Shown: positions 1 through 7,262 of the stretch, one piece after another
Position numbering within the stretch: position 1 is the first letter of the stretch
Layout of the letters: each line of letters opens with the position of its first letter
Origin: Candidatus Poribacteria bacterium
GTDB taxonomy: Bacteria > Poribacteria > WGA-4E > UBA9662
Direction of reading: 5' to 3'
Length of the DNA stretch: 23,913 bases
NCBI GenBank assembly: GCA_046582655.1
Contig: JAYGDX010000275.1
Span: 1 to 23,913, forward strand
The notes under the pieces: model-generated
The model's input: only the letters and a program-made list of their open reading frames with translations
Told to the model about the DNA's origin: nothing
Databases searched by the model: none
Made by a program: the position numbers and the translations under genes

Positions 1-162
1 ATACAAGAGAAGGAATAGCGCCTCTGACATACGTATTCATCGGAGGGTAAGCATTAGTGACTCTCCGAGCATTTGCGATAAGAATCCCCCACAATCAGCG
101 TGGCCCAGAGCGTCTCATCAAACAGTTGTCAGCACTTGCGATTGTGGGATGTTGCATAGATA

Positions 163-224
163 CGACTAATCCGTCTTGAACTCCATAGTCAAAAAAATAG
201 AAGTAATCCAAGACGGATTAGTCG
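163..224. repeat. 16-bp perfect inverted repeat with 30-nt spacer
   Basis: CGACTAATCCGTCTTG (163-178) and CAAGACGGATTAGTCG (209-224). Confidence 0.95.
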
Positions 225-295
225 AGATTGATTTTTGTGTCGCTCTCGGCAATACTTCGCACGGGAATCGACCTCGTGAAGACCGTCACGCCCTC

Positions 296-324
296 TTGTA
301 TTTAAGTTTTTAACTTAAATACAA
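296..324. repeat. 13-bp perfect inverted repeat with 3-nt loop
   Basis: TTGTATTTAAGTT-TTT-AACTTAAATACAA. Confidence 0.95.
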
Positions 325-442
325 TCTACTACCTCAAGACTTTGTCAGAAATATAGCGGCGGGCTGGCTTCTCAGAACTAACTCTACTGATTCTACTGAT
401 CCCCGTACAATTGATACGTGTCAGTCAACAGCGGTATAGGTC

Positions 443-455
443 GCCACTTCGTGGC
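443..455 (-). promoter_or_regulatory. GCCAC-GAA-GTGGC mini-hairpin, putative DGR cis-acting hairpin downstream of a VR/IMH
   Basis: 5-bp GC-rich stem with GAA loop, 17 nt after the TAA (475-473) of the FGE-like remnant. Confidence 0.5.
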
Positions 456-472
456 TTGTAAAGGAACCAATG

Positions 473-853
473 TTAATCTAATCCTGACACACAGCGAAAG
501 CCGCAGGAGTAGTGCCTACCAGACGGATCGAGGTAGCCGCGGGAAGCAACACGCAGGGAGAGCGCATTGAGGCTCCAAGCCCCCCACGCAACACTTTGGC
601 GTCTTTATCACCATCATACCAATCCTGACACTATTCTACTACATTTCCCGCCATGTCAAACAAACCATAACCATTCGGTTTAAAACTAGCTACGGGTGCT
701 GTTTGCAAATCCCACTTATCCTTGCCACCAATACCAGAATAATTAGCATAGTCTCTCGCAACACTTTCATCAACAGAATCACTCCAAGGAAATCCTTTAC
801 CAACTAATCCACCACGCGCAGCAAATTCCCTTCTGCTTCAGTCGGGAGCTCTT
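473..853 (-). pseudogene. 5'-truncated FGE-sulfatase (SUMF1/CLec-fold) domain pseudogene with DGR variable-region-like 3' end
   Basis: Manual translation: LPTEAE[fs]WEFAARGGLVGKGFPWS...[28 protein letters not shown]...KVLRGG[fs]xWSLNALSLRVASRGYLDPSGRHYSCGFRCVSGLD*. Family motifs LPTEAEWE, NGYGLxDMxGNV, RGGxW and GFR are present. There are two 1-nt deletions and a TAG at a conserved Trp. Confidence 0.9.
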
Positions 854-903
854 CAACCTCTAAAATTTATGATGTAACTTAACTAGAAGAAAGAAATATG
901 CAA

Positions 904-1956
904 TTATAGGGGGAAAGAAAACGTTAAAAGGAAAGTAAGTCTTCTTTTAAAAGTATCGCTCTCTTCAGAAAGCATTTTCTGTCCAAGGGGTTGCATCAAG
1001 TTGAATTGGACAACGGATCTGTTCCAGAAACTGACACTGGTGCCAAAGAGGAGTGAATTTACTATCAAGCCTGTGTTAGGGTCCCTCTTTCCATCCCAAT
1101 AGCCATAATGTTGGTATGAACCAGCATAATGTGTGTTTAATGCCAATGAATTTGAGATACGATATCGAACACCACAGTTATAGTTAAGTTCGGTTGGTGC
1201 ACGATAGGCATTTCCATTTTCGTAGAATGGAAGACGCCCCGTAAAAGAACCGTGTAAAGTAAAGTCATTAAGAAATTTTATACTGTGCTGCAACTTTATT
1301 ATTGGTACGAACGTACCAGTGCCGAACTGAATATGAAGATGCTTTCTGCCTGCATCACCAAGTCTATATGGATCCTCTTCTGTCTTGCCAATTGGCAGAC
1401 TCATTCCTAAAGAAAAAACCAATTTCTCTCCCAGACGAAGGAGGTTGCCTGAATAGTAATTAACACTAAACTCGAAGTCACTTAATCCAGTGTATGTTTC
1501 AGTTCGATGATGTATGTCGCGGTTTGCTAAAATAGCGTCTCGATTTTCTGGTGTTTGGTTGCGCCCCAAAAAATCAACTCCTGCCTTTTGGTTCTTAATA
1601 TCGTATGGCAGGTCCAATGACAGTGCCAAAGCGTTCCGCATGAAATACCGGATACCAAGCTCTATTCTGGTGAAATCGAGAGATACTTCGTGCCTGTGTT
1701 GGGGATGAATATGCTCAATGACTTCCCCTTTTGGTCCCAGACCTCGATATTCGAAATGGCCTCCTCGAGAATCCGGACTTCTTAAAACGTTCAGGGAAAA
1801 ATTCAGACGTTCAATTTTTGAGGCCGAACTGACCTCTCCCGTCTCCACGCGAGGAAAGACGGGGTTGCTTCAAGCGCCTCAGCTATCTTGTGCTTTAACA
1901 CAAACTTGGCAGAACCAAAGAGCAGCTATGAACAGGAGAATGAAGGCGTTTTTCAT
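904..1956 (-). CDS. Signal-peptide-bearing, His-rich putative outer-membrane beta-barrel/transporter; candidate selenoprotein with U26-G-A-U29 (350 aa with read-through)
   Basis: ATG 1956 overlaps the upstream stop (TAATG), has an AAGGA RBS and is in frame with the 904..1848 ORF. It reads MKNAFILLFIAALWFCQVCVKAQDS-TGA-GA-TGA-SNPVFPRVETGEV. The body has alternating beta-strand patterns, a LPIG...FGTGT segment and a C-terminal FLLTFSFPL. Confidence 0.8.
1838..1863 (-). promoter_or_regulatory. Putative bacterial SECIS element
   Basis: mRNA hairpin CCCGUCU-UU(bulge)-CC-UCGCGU-GG-AGACGGG starts 6 nt after the second in-frame UGA (1872-1870). Confidence 0.65.
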
Positions 1957-2885
1957 TAGTGACTGTTTCCTTTCTGGTAACATGATCGGTAGTTAAAGTT
2001 ACAAAATTCTGTTTCACACTCTTTTTCATTTAGAATTGGCCGTTCTTCTGAAAATAGGACTCCAGCAGAAATTGAAATTGCAAAAGCAAACGATAGAGCT
2101 AAAGAAAATGTGAATTTTGATTCTTTTTCTGTTTCATTGCTATTAATTAAGGATTCAATTCTATCAATCAAGTCACCTTGATTGACAGAAACGAACATGA
2201 ATTTTTGAACTTGGTTTCTTACCCTGACAAGTTTTATTAAAGCCTTGGAAAGTTCCAGTGGTGAACTCCCACAGCGTGTCGCAAATTGATCCGCTGCTTT
2301 TTCACTTGATATCTGAAAGTTTCTTTTGAGATTTCGACAAACAGGTAAGAAAAACATAGAATCGCTTAAAAAATTAATTATCAGGTTTTTTAGAGTGTCG
2401 AACTGACGACAATGGTATACTTCATGCCTAAGAACAGCCTGAATTTCTTCCGTCGTCATGAGCTGAATTAATCCGGTTGACAGATAAATTCTGGGGAGAA
2501 ACACTCCAGCAGAGAACGCCCAACAGATAGTATCATTTCGAAAAACATGGATGCGGTTGGTTGGGAAATTAACTGACAATCCAAGGGGTAGTGAGTTGAC
2601 AATTGAAAGCTGGCTTAAAAACTTCTGCGTTTTGTAGAGATGTGCTATTACTCGAATAGTGGCAAAAATGATTCCAACAACCATAGCCGCAATGCTCATC
2701 CAGATTGGGATTTTGTATGCTGAGAAATTACAAACTTGAAAACAAATAATCGAATCACCACATGAATGCAGTGTTTTGGTGGTTACGATAGTTAACTGCA
2801 ATAGCCCAGCGAATAGTATGAAGATGAAGATCACGCCCCAGAAACTGGCATCACTTTTTCTTTTATGGTGAATAAAGCTACTCAT
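1956..2885 (-). CDS. M56 family (BlaR1/MecR1-like) membrane zinc metallopeptidase without a penicillin-binding sensor domain
   Basis: AFSAG..PRIYLSTGL, HEVYH (HExxH) and EKAAD motifs, plus TM segments. It lies directly downstream of and overlaps the BlaI-like gene. Confidence 0.9.
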   Translation of the reverse strand: MSSFIHHKRKSDASFWGVIFIFILFAGLLQLTIVTTKTLHSCGDSIICFQVCNFSAYKIPIWMSIAAMVVGIIFATIRVIAHLYKTQKFLSQLSIVNSLPLGLSVNFPTNRIHVFRNDTICWAFSAGVFLPRIYLSTGLIQLMTTEEIQAVLRHEVYHCRQFDTLKNLIINFLSDSMFFLPVCRNLKRNFQISSEKAADQFATRCGSSPLELSKALIKLVRVRNQVQKFMFVSVNQGDLIDRIESLINSNETEKESKFTFSLALSFAFAISISAGVLFSEERPILNEKECETEFCNFNYRSCYQKGNSH

Positions 2886-3315
2886 CCGAATCTTTTTCCT
2901 TCAGCTGGCGGCGTTTTTGCTCAATCGCATACTCAAGTTCCTCAATTGATTGCGGATCATCTTGGCTAAGGAGATTTACAATAGCTGAAATCGCGTTCGA
3001 GCGGGAAATAGACAATGCGCTTTTTATGGCCTGCTGACAAGCAAGATGTTTGAACTCTTCACGGCTAAGAACAGCAGAAAAGTGGAAAACTCCCGCCTTT
3101 TTTTTCTTACCTAATAGTCCCTTTTTGACCATGCGGTTCAATACAGTCAAAATGGTGTGATAGGCATTCTGGCGTTTCAGGGAAACAGCATCGAAGATTT
3201 GCCGTCCAGTAGCTTCATCACTCTCCCAGAGATAGTTTAGTAAGTCTTGCTCCAGATGACCAAGTACTTGGTGGAGTCCCTTATTCTGTGTTGTGAGTCG
3301 GTTGATCAATGTCAT
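2878..3315 (-). CDS. BlaI/MecI/CopY family transcriptional repressor
   Basis: LGHLEQDLLNYLWE...AYHTILTVLNRMVKKGLL...FSAVLSREEF winged-helix signature, paired with an M56 gene. Confidence 0.92.
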   Translation of the reverse strand: MTLINRLTTQNKGLHQVLGHLEQDLLNYLWESDEATGRQIFDAVSLKRQNAYHTILTVLNRMVKKGLLGKKKKAGVFHFSAVLSREEFKHLACQQAIKSALSISRSNAISAIVNLLSQDDPQSIEELEYAIEQKRRQLKEKDSDE

Positions 3316-3345
3316 TTTGCCTTAAGTTAAGTGCTAATAATCGGT

Positions 3346-4098
3346 CTATTTTTTATTAAGCAAGTTTGAAACGTGTTTTTCCACTTCTTGGTGATTAGTT
3401 TTGCCTGTCCATTGCGCAACGATTTGTTTTTCTGTATTGATCAAAAACATCGTTGGAACTACTTTTAGGTTAAAAGATTTAAACGCTGAATCTTTTTTTG
3501 CATCATGTAAAATTGGGTAAGAAATGTTCTTCTCTTTGATAAAATTTTTAATTTTTTTCCTGATGTCTTTGCCTTGATCAATAGAGATTCCTAGCACAAC
3601 AAACTTTTTGCTTTTCTTATGCTTTTTATTTAGTTTCTGGAGTTCGGGCATCATTTCTACACATGGAATACACCAAGTTGCCCAAAAGTCAATTAGTACT
3701 ACCTTACCCTTGTAGTTTTTCAGGGTTATATCTTTACCCTTAAGATTCTCAACAACGAAATCGGGAGCAGGACGTGGAATAATCGGAGGAAGATAGGCTG
3801 TAGGATTGTCATCAAATTGTTCTTTGCACTTTTGGCAGCAGAAGTAATAGGTTTTACCTTCGTATTTTCTCCAAGCTCCGACTTCAACGGGAGTTGTATC
3901 ACCTTGACTTGAGCGAATTGTGCATGGAGCTTCTTCGGGGATTTTTCCAACTTCCCCCGCTTGTATTATGTTCAGAAAACTGAGATGCACCAAGATTAGA
4001 AACAAATAGGTTCCCATGTATTGCTTTATCCTTCTCATAGCAGGTAGCAAAAAAACCAACCAATTCAATTTGGATTTCTCCTTAAGTATAGATTCCAT
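3346..4098 (-). CDS. Exported YHS-domain + TlpA/ResA-like thiol-disulfide oxidoreductase (start uncertain; later starts MRRIK or MGTYL plausible)
   Basis: Hydrophobic leader, YHS motif YEGKTYYFCCQKCKEQFDDNP, then redoxin domain APDF...GKVVLIDFWATWCIPC...VPT. Confidence 0.9.
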   Translation of the reverse strand: MESILKEKSKLNWLVFLLPAMRRIKQYMGTYLFLILVHLSFLNIIQAGEVGKIPEEAPCTIRSSQGDTTPVEVGAWRKYEGKTYYFCCQKCKEQFDDNPTAYLPPIIPRPAPDFVVENLKGKDITLKNYKGKVVLIDFWATWCIPCVEMMPELQKLNKKHKKSKKFVVLGISIDQGKDIRKKIKNFIKEKNISYPILHDAKKDSAFKSFNLKVVPTMFLINTEKQIVAQWTGKTNHQEVEKHVSNLLNKK

Positions 4099-4103
4099 AG
4101 GTA

Positions 4104-4132
4104 ATTGTATTTTACAGACTGTAAAATGTCAA
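4104..4132 (-). promoter_or_regulatory. Sigma70 promoter with palindromic BlaI/CopY-like operator in the spacer
   Basis: Minus strand TTGACA (4132-4127), 17 nt, TACAAT (4109-4104). Positions 4109-4127 form the palindrome ATTTTACAG-A-CTGTAAAAT containing TACA/TGTA half-sites. Confidence 0.85.
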
Positions 4133-4379
4133 GTGGAATTTGGCGGTACTTTATGGTATGTGACCGTAAGATATATGGCTGATTGTCGTTAAAACTATTT
4201 GCTGAATACATTGTTATAGGTTGAGCTATAAGATTAAATGGTTGGCAAACATGATAAAATTCGAGGTATACTTAACTAAGTTGCAATCGTTCTTACTTGT
4301 GAGTGTACCGAAAATTGAAAAAAGAAAAAAGGTTTTAATTATAAGTTTAGTTCCTTGATTATAAGAAATATCGAGCCAA

Positions 4380-5006
4380 GTGATAAATATTAAATTGATT
4401 GCCATTGTGTTTCTTGTCTTATTTGCTTTTTTTGCTTTGATACAAATTGAATCAATTGCAGGTCTTAATCCAATCCTTTACTCGATGGCTACCTCAATTC
4501 GTTATCTAGTAACGTTGGTGTTTCAACTTCAGACGACATCTGAGAATCAAGTTCTTCTCAAGGGTGAGCATCAATTCCTAAGTCCAACTGACGAAACTAA
4601 GGTTGTTCCTTCTACAGTATCCGCGGCCAAATATAAGCAGCGACTGGATCAAATGCGTGAATCTGGACCTAGCAACAAAGACGTCAATCTTGACTTTTTA
4701 TTTAATGCGATTGAATCCGAACTAACCCATCCTGCAACAGCAAATGGAGATGAAGAAATTATCGAGGTTCTAGGTCTCGCCGTCGAACTAGAGGATCCAA
4801 TTACTGATCTGTTTCTGGAAACTGAATGGTACGATACTGGATTTAATTTTGACGATGTCTATTACGATGAGTTTTGGCAAGCTGAGTTGGAAACGAGCAG
4901 TGTACCAACTAATGATGACTTTGAGTTGAATCAGATTGAGGGATTGCTTGAGGAATTTCCTGACCCCTCAGAAATTAATCAGCTAGATGTTTTCGATCAG
5001 AAATGA
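4380..5006 (+). CDS. Hypothetical protein with N-terminal membrane anchor/signal and very acidic C-terminus
   Basis: 208-aa ORF with hydrophobic N-terminus and D/E-rich tail; ends 3 nt before thiD. Confidence 0.65.
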   Translation: MINIKLIAIVFLVLFAFFALIQIESIAGLNPILYSMATSIRYLVTLVFQLQTTSENQVLLKGEHQFLSPTDETKVVPSTVSAAKYKQRLDQMRESGPSNKDVNLDFLFNAIESELTHPATANGDEEIIEVLGLAVELEDPITDLFLETEWYDTGFNFDDVYYDEFWQAELETSSVPTNDDFELNQIEGLLEEFPDPSEINQLDVFDQK

Positions 5007-5009
5007 AAC

Positions 5010-5792
5010 ATGAAGCAAATTCTGACCGTTGCGGGATCTGATTCCGGCGGTGGAGCTGGGATTCAGGCGGATATCAAATCAATCCATGCCAACGGGGGGT
5101 TTGCGATGTCTGTGATTACTTCCGTAACTGCACAAAACACGTGTGAAGTAACCAGTGCCTTTGATTTACCAATTGAGATAATTGAAGCGCAAATTGACGC
5201 TGTCTTTTCAGATTTCGAGGTTTCAGCGGTAAAAACTGGAATGTTATCAAGCGCGGAAATTGTGCGGGTTGTTGCGCGGAAATTGCATCATCATTCTCCT
5301 GCAAAAATAGTGGTTGACCCAGTGATGATTTCGAAAAGTGGGTTTCAGCTTTTACAGGAATCTGCAATCGAAACAATCAAATCCGATCTTATTCCATTAG
5401 CAACGGTTATAACTCCCAATGTCCATGAGGCCCAACTTCTATCTGGTTTGGAAATTCAGAATGTGAAGGAAGCGGAAGTTGCGGCGGAAAATATTCATCA
5501 ACTTGGTTGCAATAGTGTTTTAGTAAAAGGTGGCCACATGGAAGATGAAACGTCAATTGATGTATTGTTCTCAGACGATAAGTTTTGGTTTTTTGAGTCA
5601 GAACGGATAAATACTAAGAATACACATGGCACTGGCTGCACCTACTCAGCAGCGATTGCAACGCAACTTGGGTTGGGTAAAGATCTTGTCTCTAGCATTG
5701 AAGCTGCCAAAGATTACATTACGAATGCAATTCGTCACTCCCTTGAGATTGGCCATGGTCATGGCCCAACAAATCATTTCTACTTTCTATAG
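5010..5792 (+). CDS. thiD: Hydroxymethylpyrimidine/phosphomethylpyrimidine kinase
   Basis: AGSDSGGGAGIQADIK, VTAQNT, VKTGML, DPVM, TPN and NTHGTGCT motifs. Confidence 0.97.
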   Translation: MKQILTVAGSDSGGGAGIQADIKSIHANGGFAMSVITSVTAQNTCEVTSAFDLPIEIIEAQIDAVFSDFEVSAVKTGMLSSAEIVRVVARKLHHHSPAKIVVDPVMISKSGFQLLQESAIETIKSDLIPLATVITPNVHEAQLLSGLEIQNVKEAEVAAENIHQLGCNSVLVKGGHMEDETSIDVLFSDDKFWFFESERINTKNTHGTGCTYSAAIATQLGLGKDLVSSIEAAKDYITNAIRHSLEIGHGHGPTNHFYFL

Positions 5793-5800
5793 AGAAGTGG

Positions 5801-7225
5801 TTATGATACGTTTGACTGCTTTTCGTTTATTAATTCTTGTTGGAGATTCTCTAATTTTTGACTTAGGGTAACGGGATAAGTGGCAGGTTGATCTAAGGTT
5901 TTGTGTTTATCTGGTAGACTTGAGACGTTGTTTTGAGTTTGAACTTGAATTTCTTTTAAAGTTGGAAAATCGTAAACAAGTTCGCCTCTTTTGACAATTG
6001 GAATTAGTAGACCATCTTGATCAATTTCATCCCATAAACAGATTTGATCCTTGATGTAGTATTGATCTGGGTCAGTGAACCGTTGAACCTGTTTCCTTGC
6101 GGGTAAGGTTGATTTTGCCGTATCATTGCTTATTTTAAAGGTTGGTATAGTTTGATCTCCTTTGATTTTTTCGACGTGTTTATACACACCAGGCAATGCT
6201 GAAACTCCACCGTTTCCAGAAATGGGATTGAATGTCGCACCAGTTGCCAAACGTGTCCCAATTCCAAATCCATCCAGAGGAGCACCCGATTTTAGTAAGC
6301 GATCAATTTCAAATTCATCTAGGTCATTGCTAGCAAAAATTTTGGCTTCCTTTAGATCACCATCGTCTAGAATAGATCTCACCTGTTTACTGAGTTCTAG
6401 TAAATTTCCGCTATCCAATCGAACACCTCTTAATTCTTGCCCTTTGGCTCTCATTTCTTGACCGATAGTTACAGCATGTTTGGCTCCCTGAATTGTATCG
6501 TACGTGTCGATCAAAAGTATGGTATTGTGAGGAAAAGACATTGCGTAATCACGAAAAGCCCCAAGCTCAGAAGGCCGGTCTTGAATAAATTTGTGAGCGA
6601 GTGTTCCGACATAGGGGATATCAAAGTATTGACTTGCAATAACTAGAGAAGTTGCTGACATTCCTCCAATGAAACTTGCACGTGCAGATAAGATCGCGGC
6701 ATCGCGTCCGTGAGCACGCCTAGCACCAAAGTCGAAACAGATTCGGCCACCTGAGACATTTACGATACGAGATGATTTAGTGGCTATCAGCGTTTGAAAA
6801 TTCATTATACTCAGCAAATAAGTTTCAAAAAGTTGTACATCAATTGATCTCCCGGTAATGTTAATGATGGGTTCGTTTGGCAAGACAATGGTTCCTTCCG
6901 GAACAGCGTAGACATCACCATCGAACTTAAAATTACGGAGGTAATCAACGAAATTCGGACTTATTTCGGGGATGGATTTACTACTTTGGAGCCATGCCAA
7001 ATCATCTTCAGAAAAACGCAGATTCAGGATGTAGTGGATGACCTGCTCAAGACCTGCAGCGATAAGGTATGCCCCTTGCGGGATAGCACGAGCAAAATAA
7101 TTTTCAGTGCATACAGCGTTCTGGCTGCTGTCGAAATCAGCTTGGCCCATCGTCAACTCATAATAGTCAACGAATAATGCCATATTCGTTTCTGTTAGTA
7201 GTGCAGATTTGGGTAAGTTAGCCAT
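5801..7225 (-). CDS. pncB: Nicotinate phosphoribosyltransferase
   Basis: DYYELTM, DFGARRAH, GTLAH, LIDTYD, GVRLDSG, ASNDLDE and FGIGT motifs. Confidence 0.95.
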   Translation of the reverse strand: MANLPKSALLTETNMALFVDYYELTMGQADFDSSQNAVCTENYFARAIPQGAYLIAAGLEQVIHYILNLRFSEDDLAWLQSSKSIPEISPNFVDYLRNFKFDGDVYAVPEGTIVLPNEPIINITGRSIDVQLFETYLLSIMNFQTLIATKSSRIVNVSGGRICFDFGARRAHGRDAAILSARASFIGGMSATSLVIASQYFDIPYVGTLAHKFIQDRPSELGAFRDYAMSFPHNTILLIDTYDTIQGAKHAVTIGQEMRAKGQELRGVRLDSGNLLELSKQVRSILDDGDLKEAKIFASNDLDEFEIDRLLKSGAPLDGFGIGTRLATGATFNPISGNGGVSALPGVYKHVEKIKGDQTIPTFKISNDTAKSTLPARKQVQRFTDPDQYYIKDQICLWDEIDQDGLLIPIVKRGELVYDFPTLKEIQVQTQNNVSSLPDKHKTLDQPATYPVTLSQKLENLQQELINEKQSNVS

Positions 7226-7262
7226 ATCTGCAATCTAACAAGCGGTCCAATGTTTGTCAACC

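Larger units (their letters stand above)
1..324. ncRNA. Candidate structured non-coding RNA or mobile-element end of unknown family, probably cut by the window edge
   Basis: Long-range pairing ATACAAGAG (1-9) / CTCTTGTAT (293-301) encloses four hairpins: 40-68, 88-148, 163-224 (16-bp perfect arms) and ~256-281. A 13-bp perfect palindrome lies at 296-324. No ORF is listed here. Confidence 0.5.

Noticed and set aside
1..472. DGR template region or group II intron domain V adjacent to the VR
   Set aside because: No AAC-rich copy of the VR on either strand and no recognisable domain V/VI motif.
480..767. 11-bp direct repeats AATCCTGACAC (480, 621) and CGCAACACTTT (587, 757) as CRISPR or TR/VR pairs
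   Set aside because: Too short, only two copies each, inside coding-derived sequence, and the flanks do not align.
904..1848. GTG 1848 as the start of the barrel gene
   Set aside because: It has no RBS or signal peptide and sits inside the SECIS-like hairpin. ATG 1956 is translationally coupled and encodes a signal peptide.
1870..1881. TGA reassigned to Trp or Gly (genetic code 4 or 25)
   Set aside because: TGA terminates several normal-length genes in the window, and no housekeeping gene here is broken by an internal TGA.
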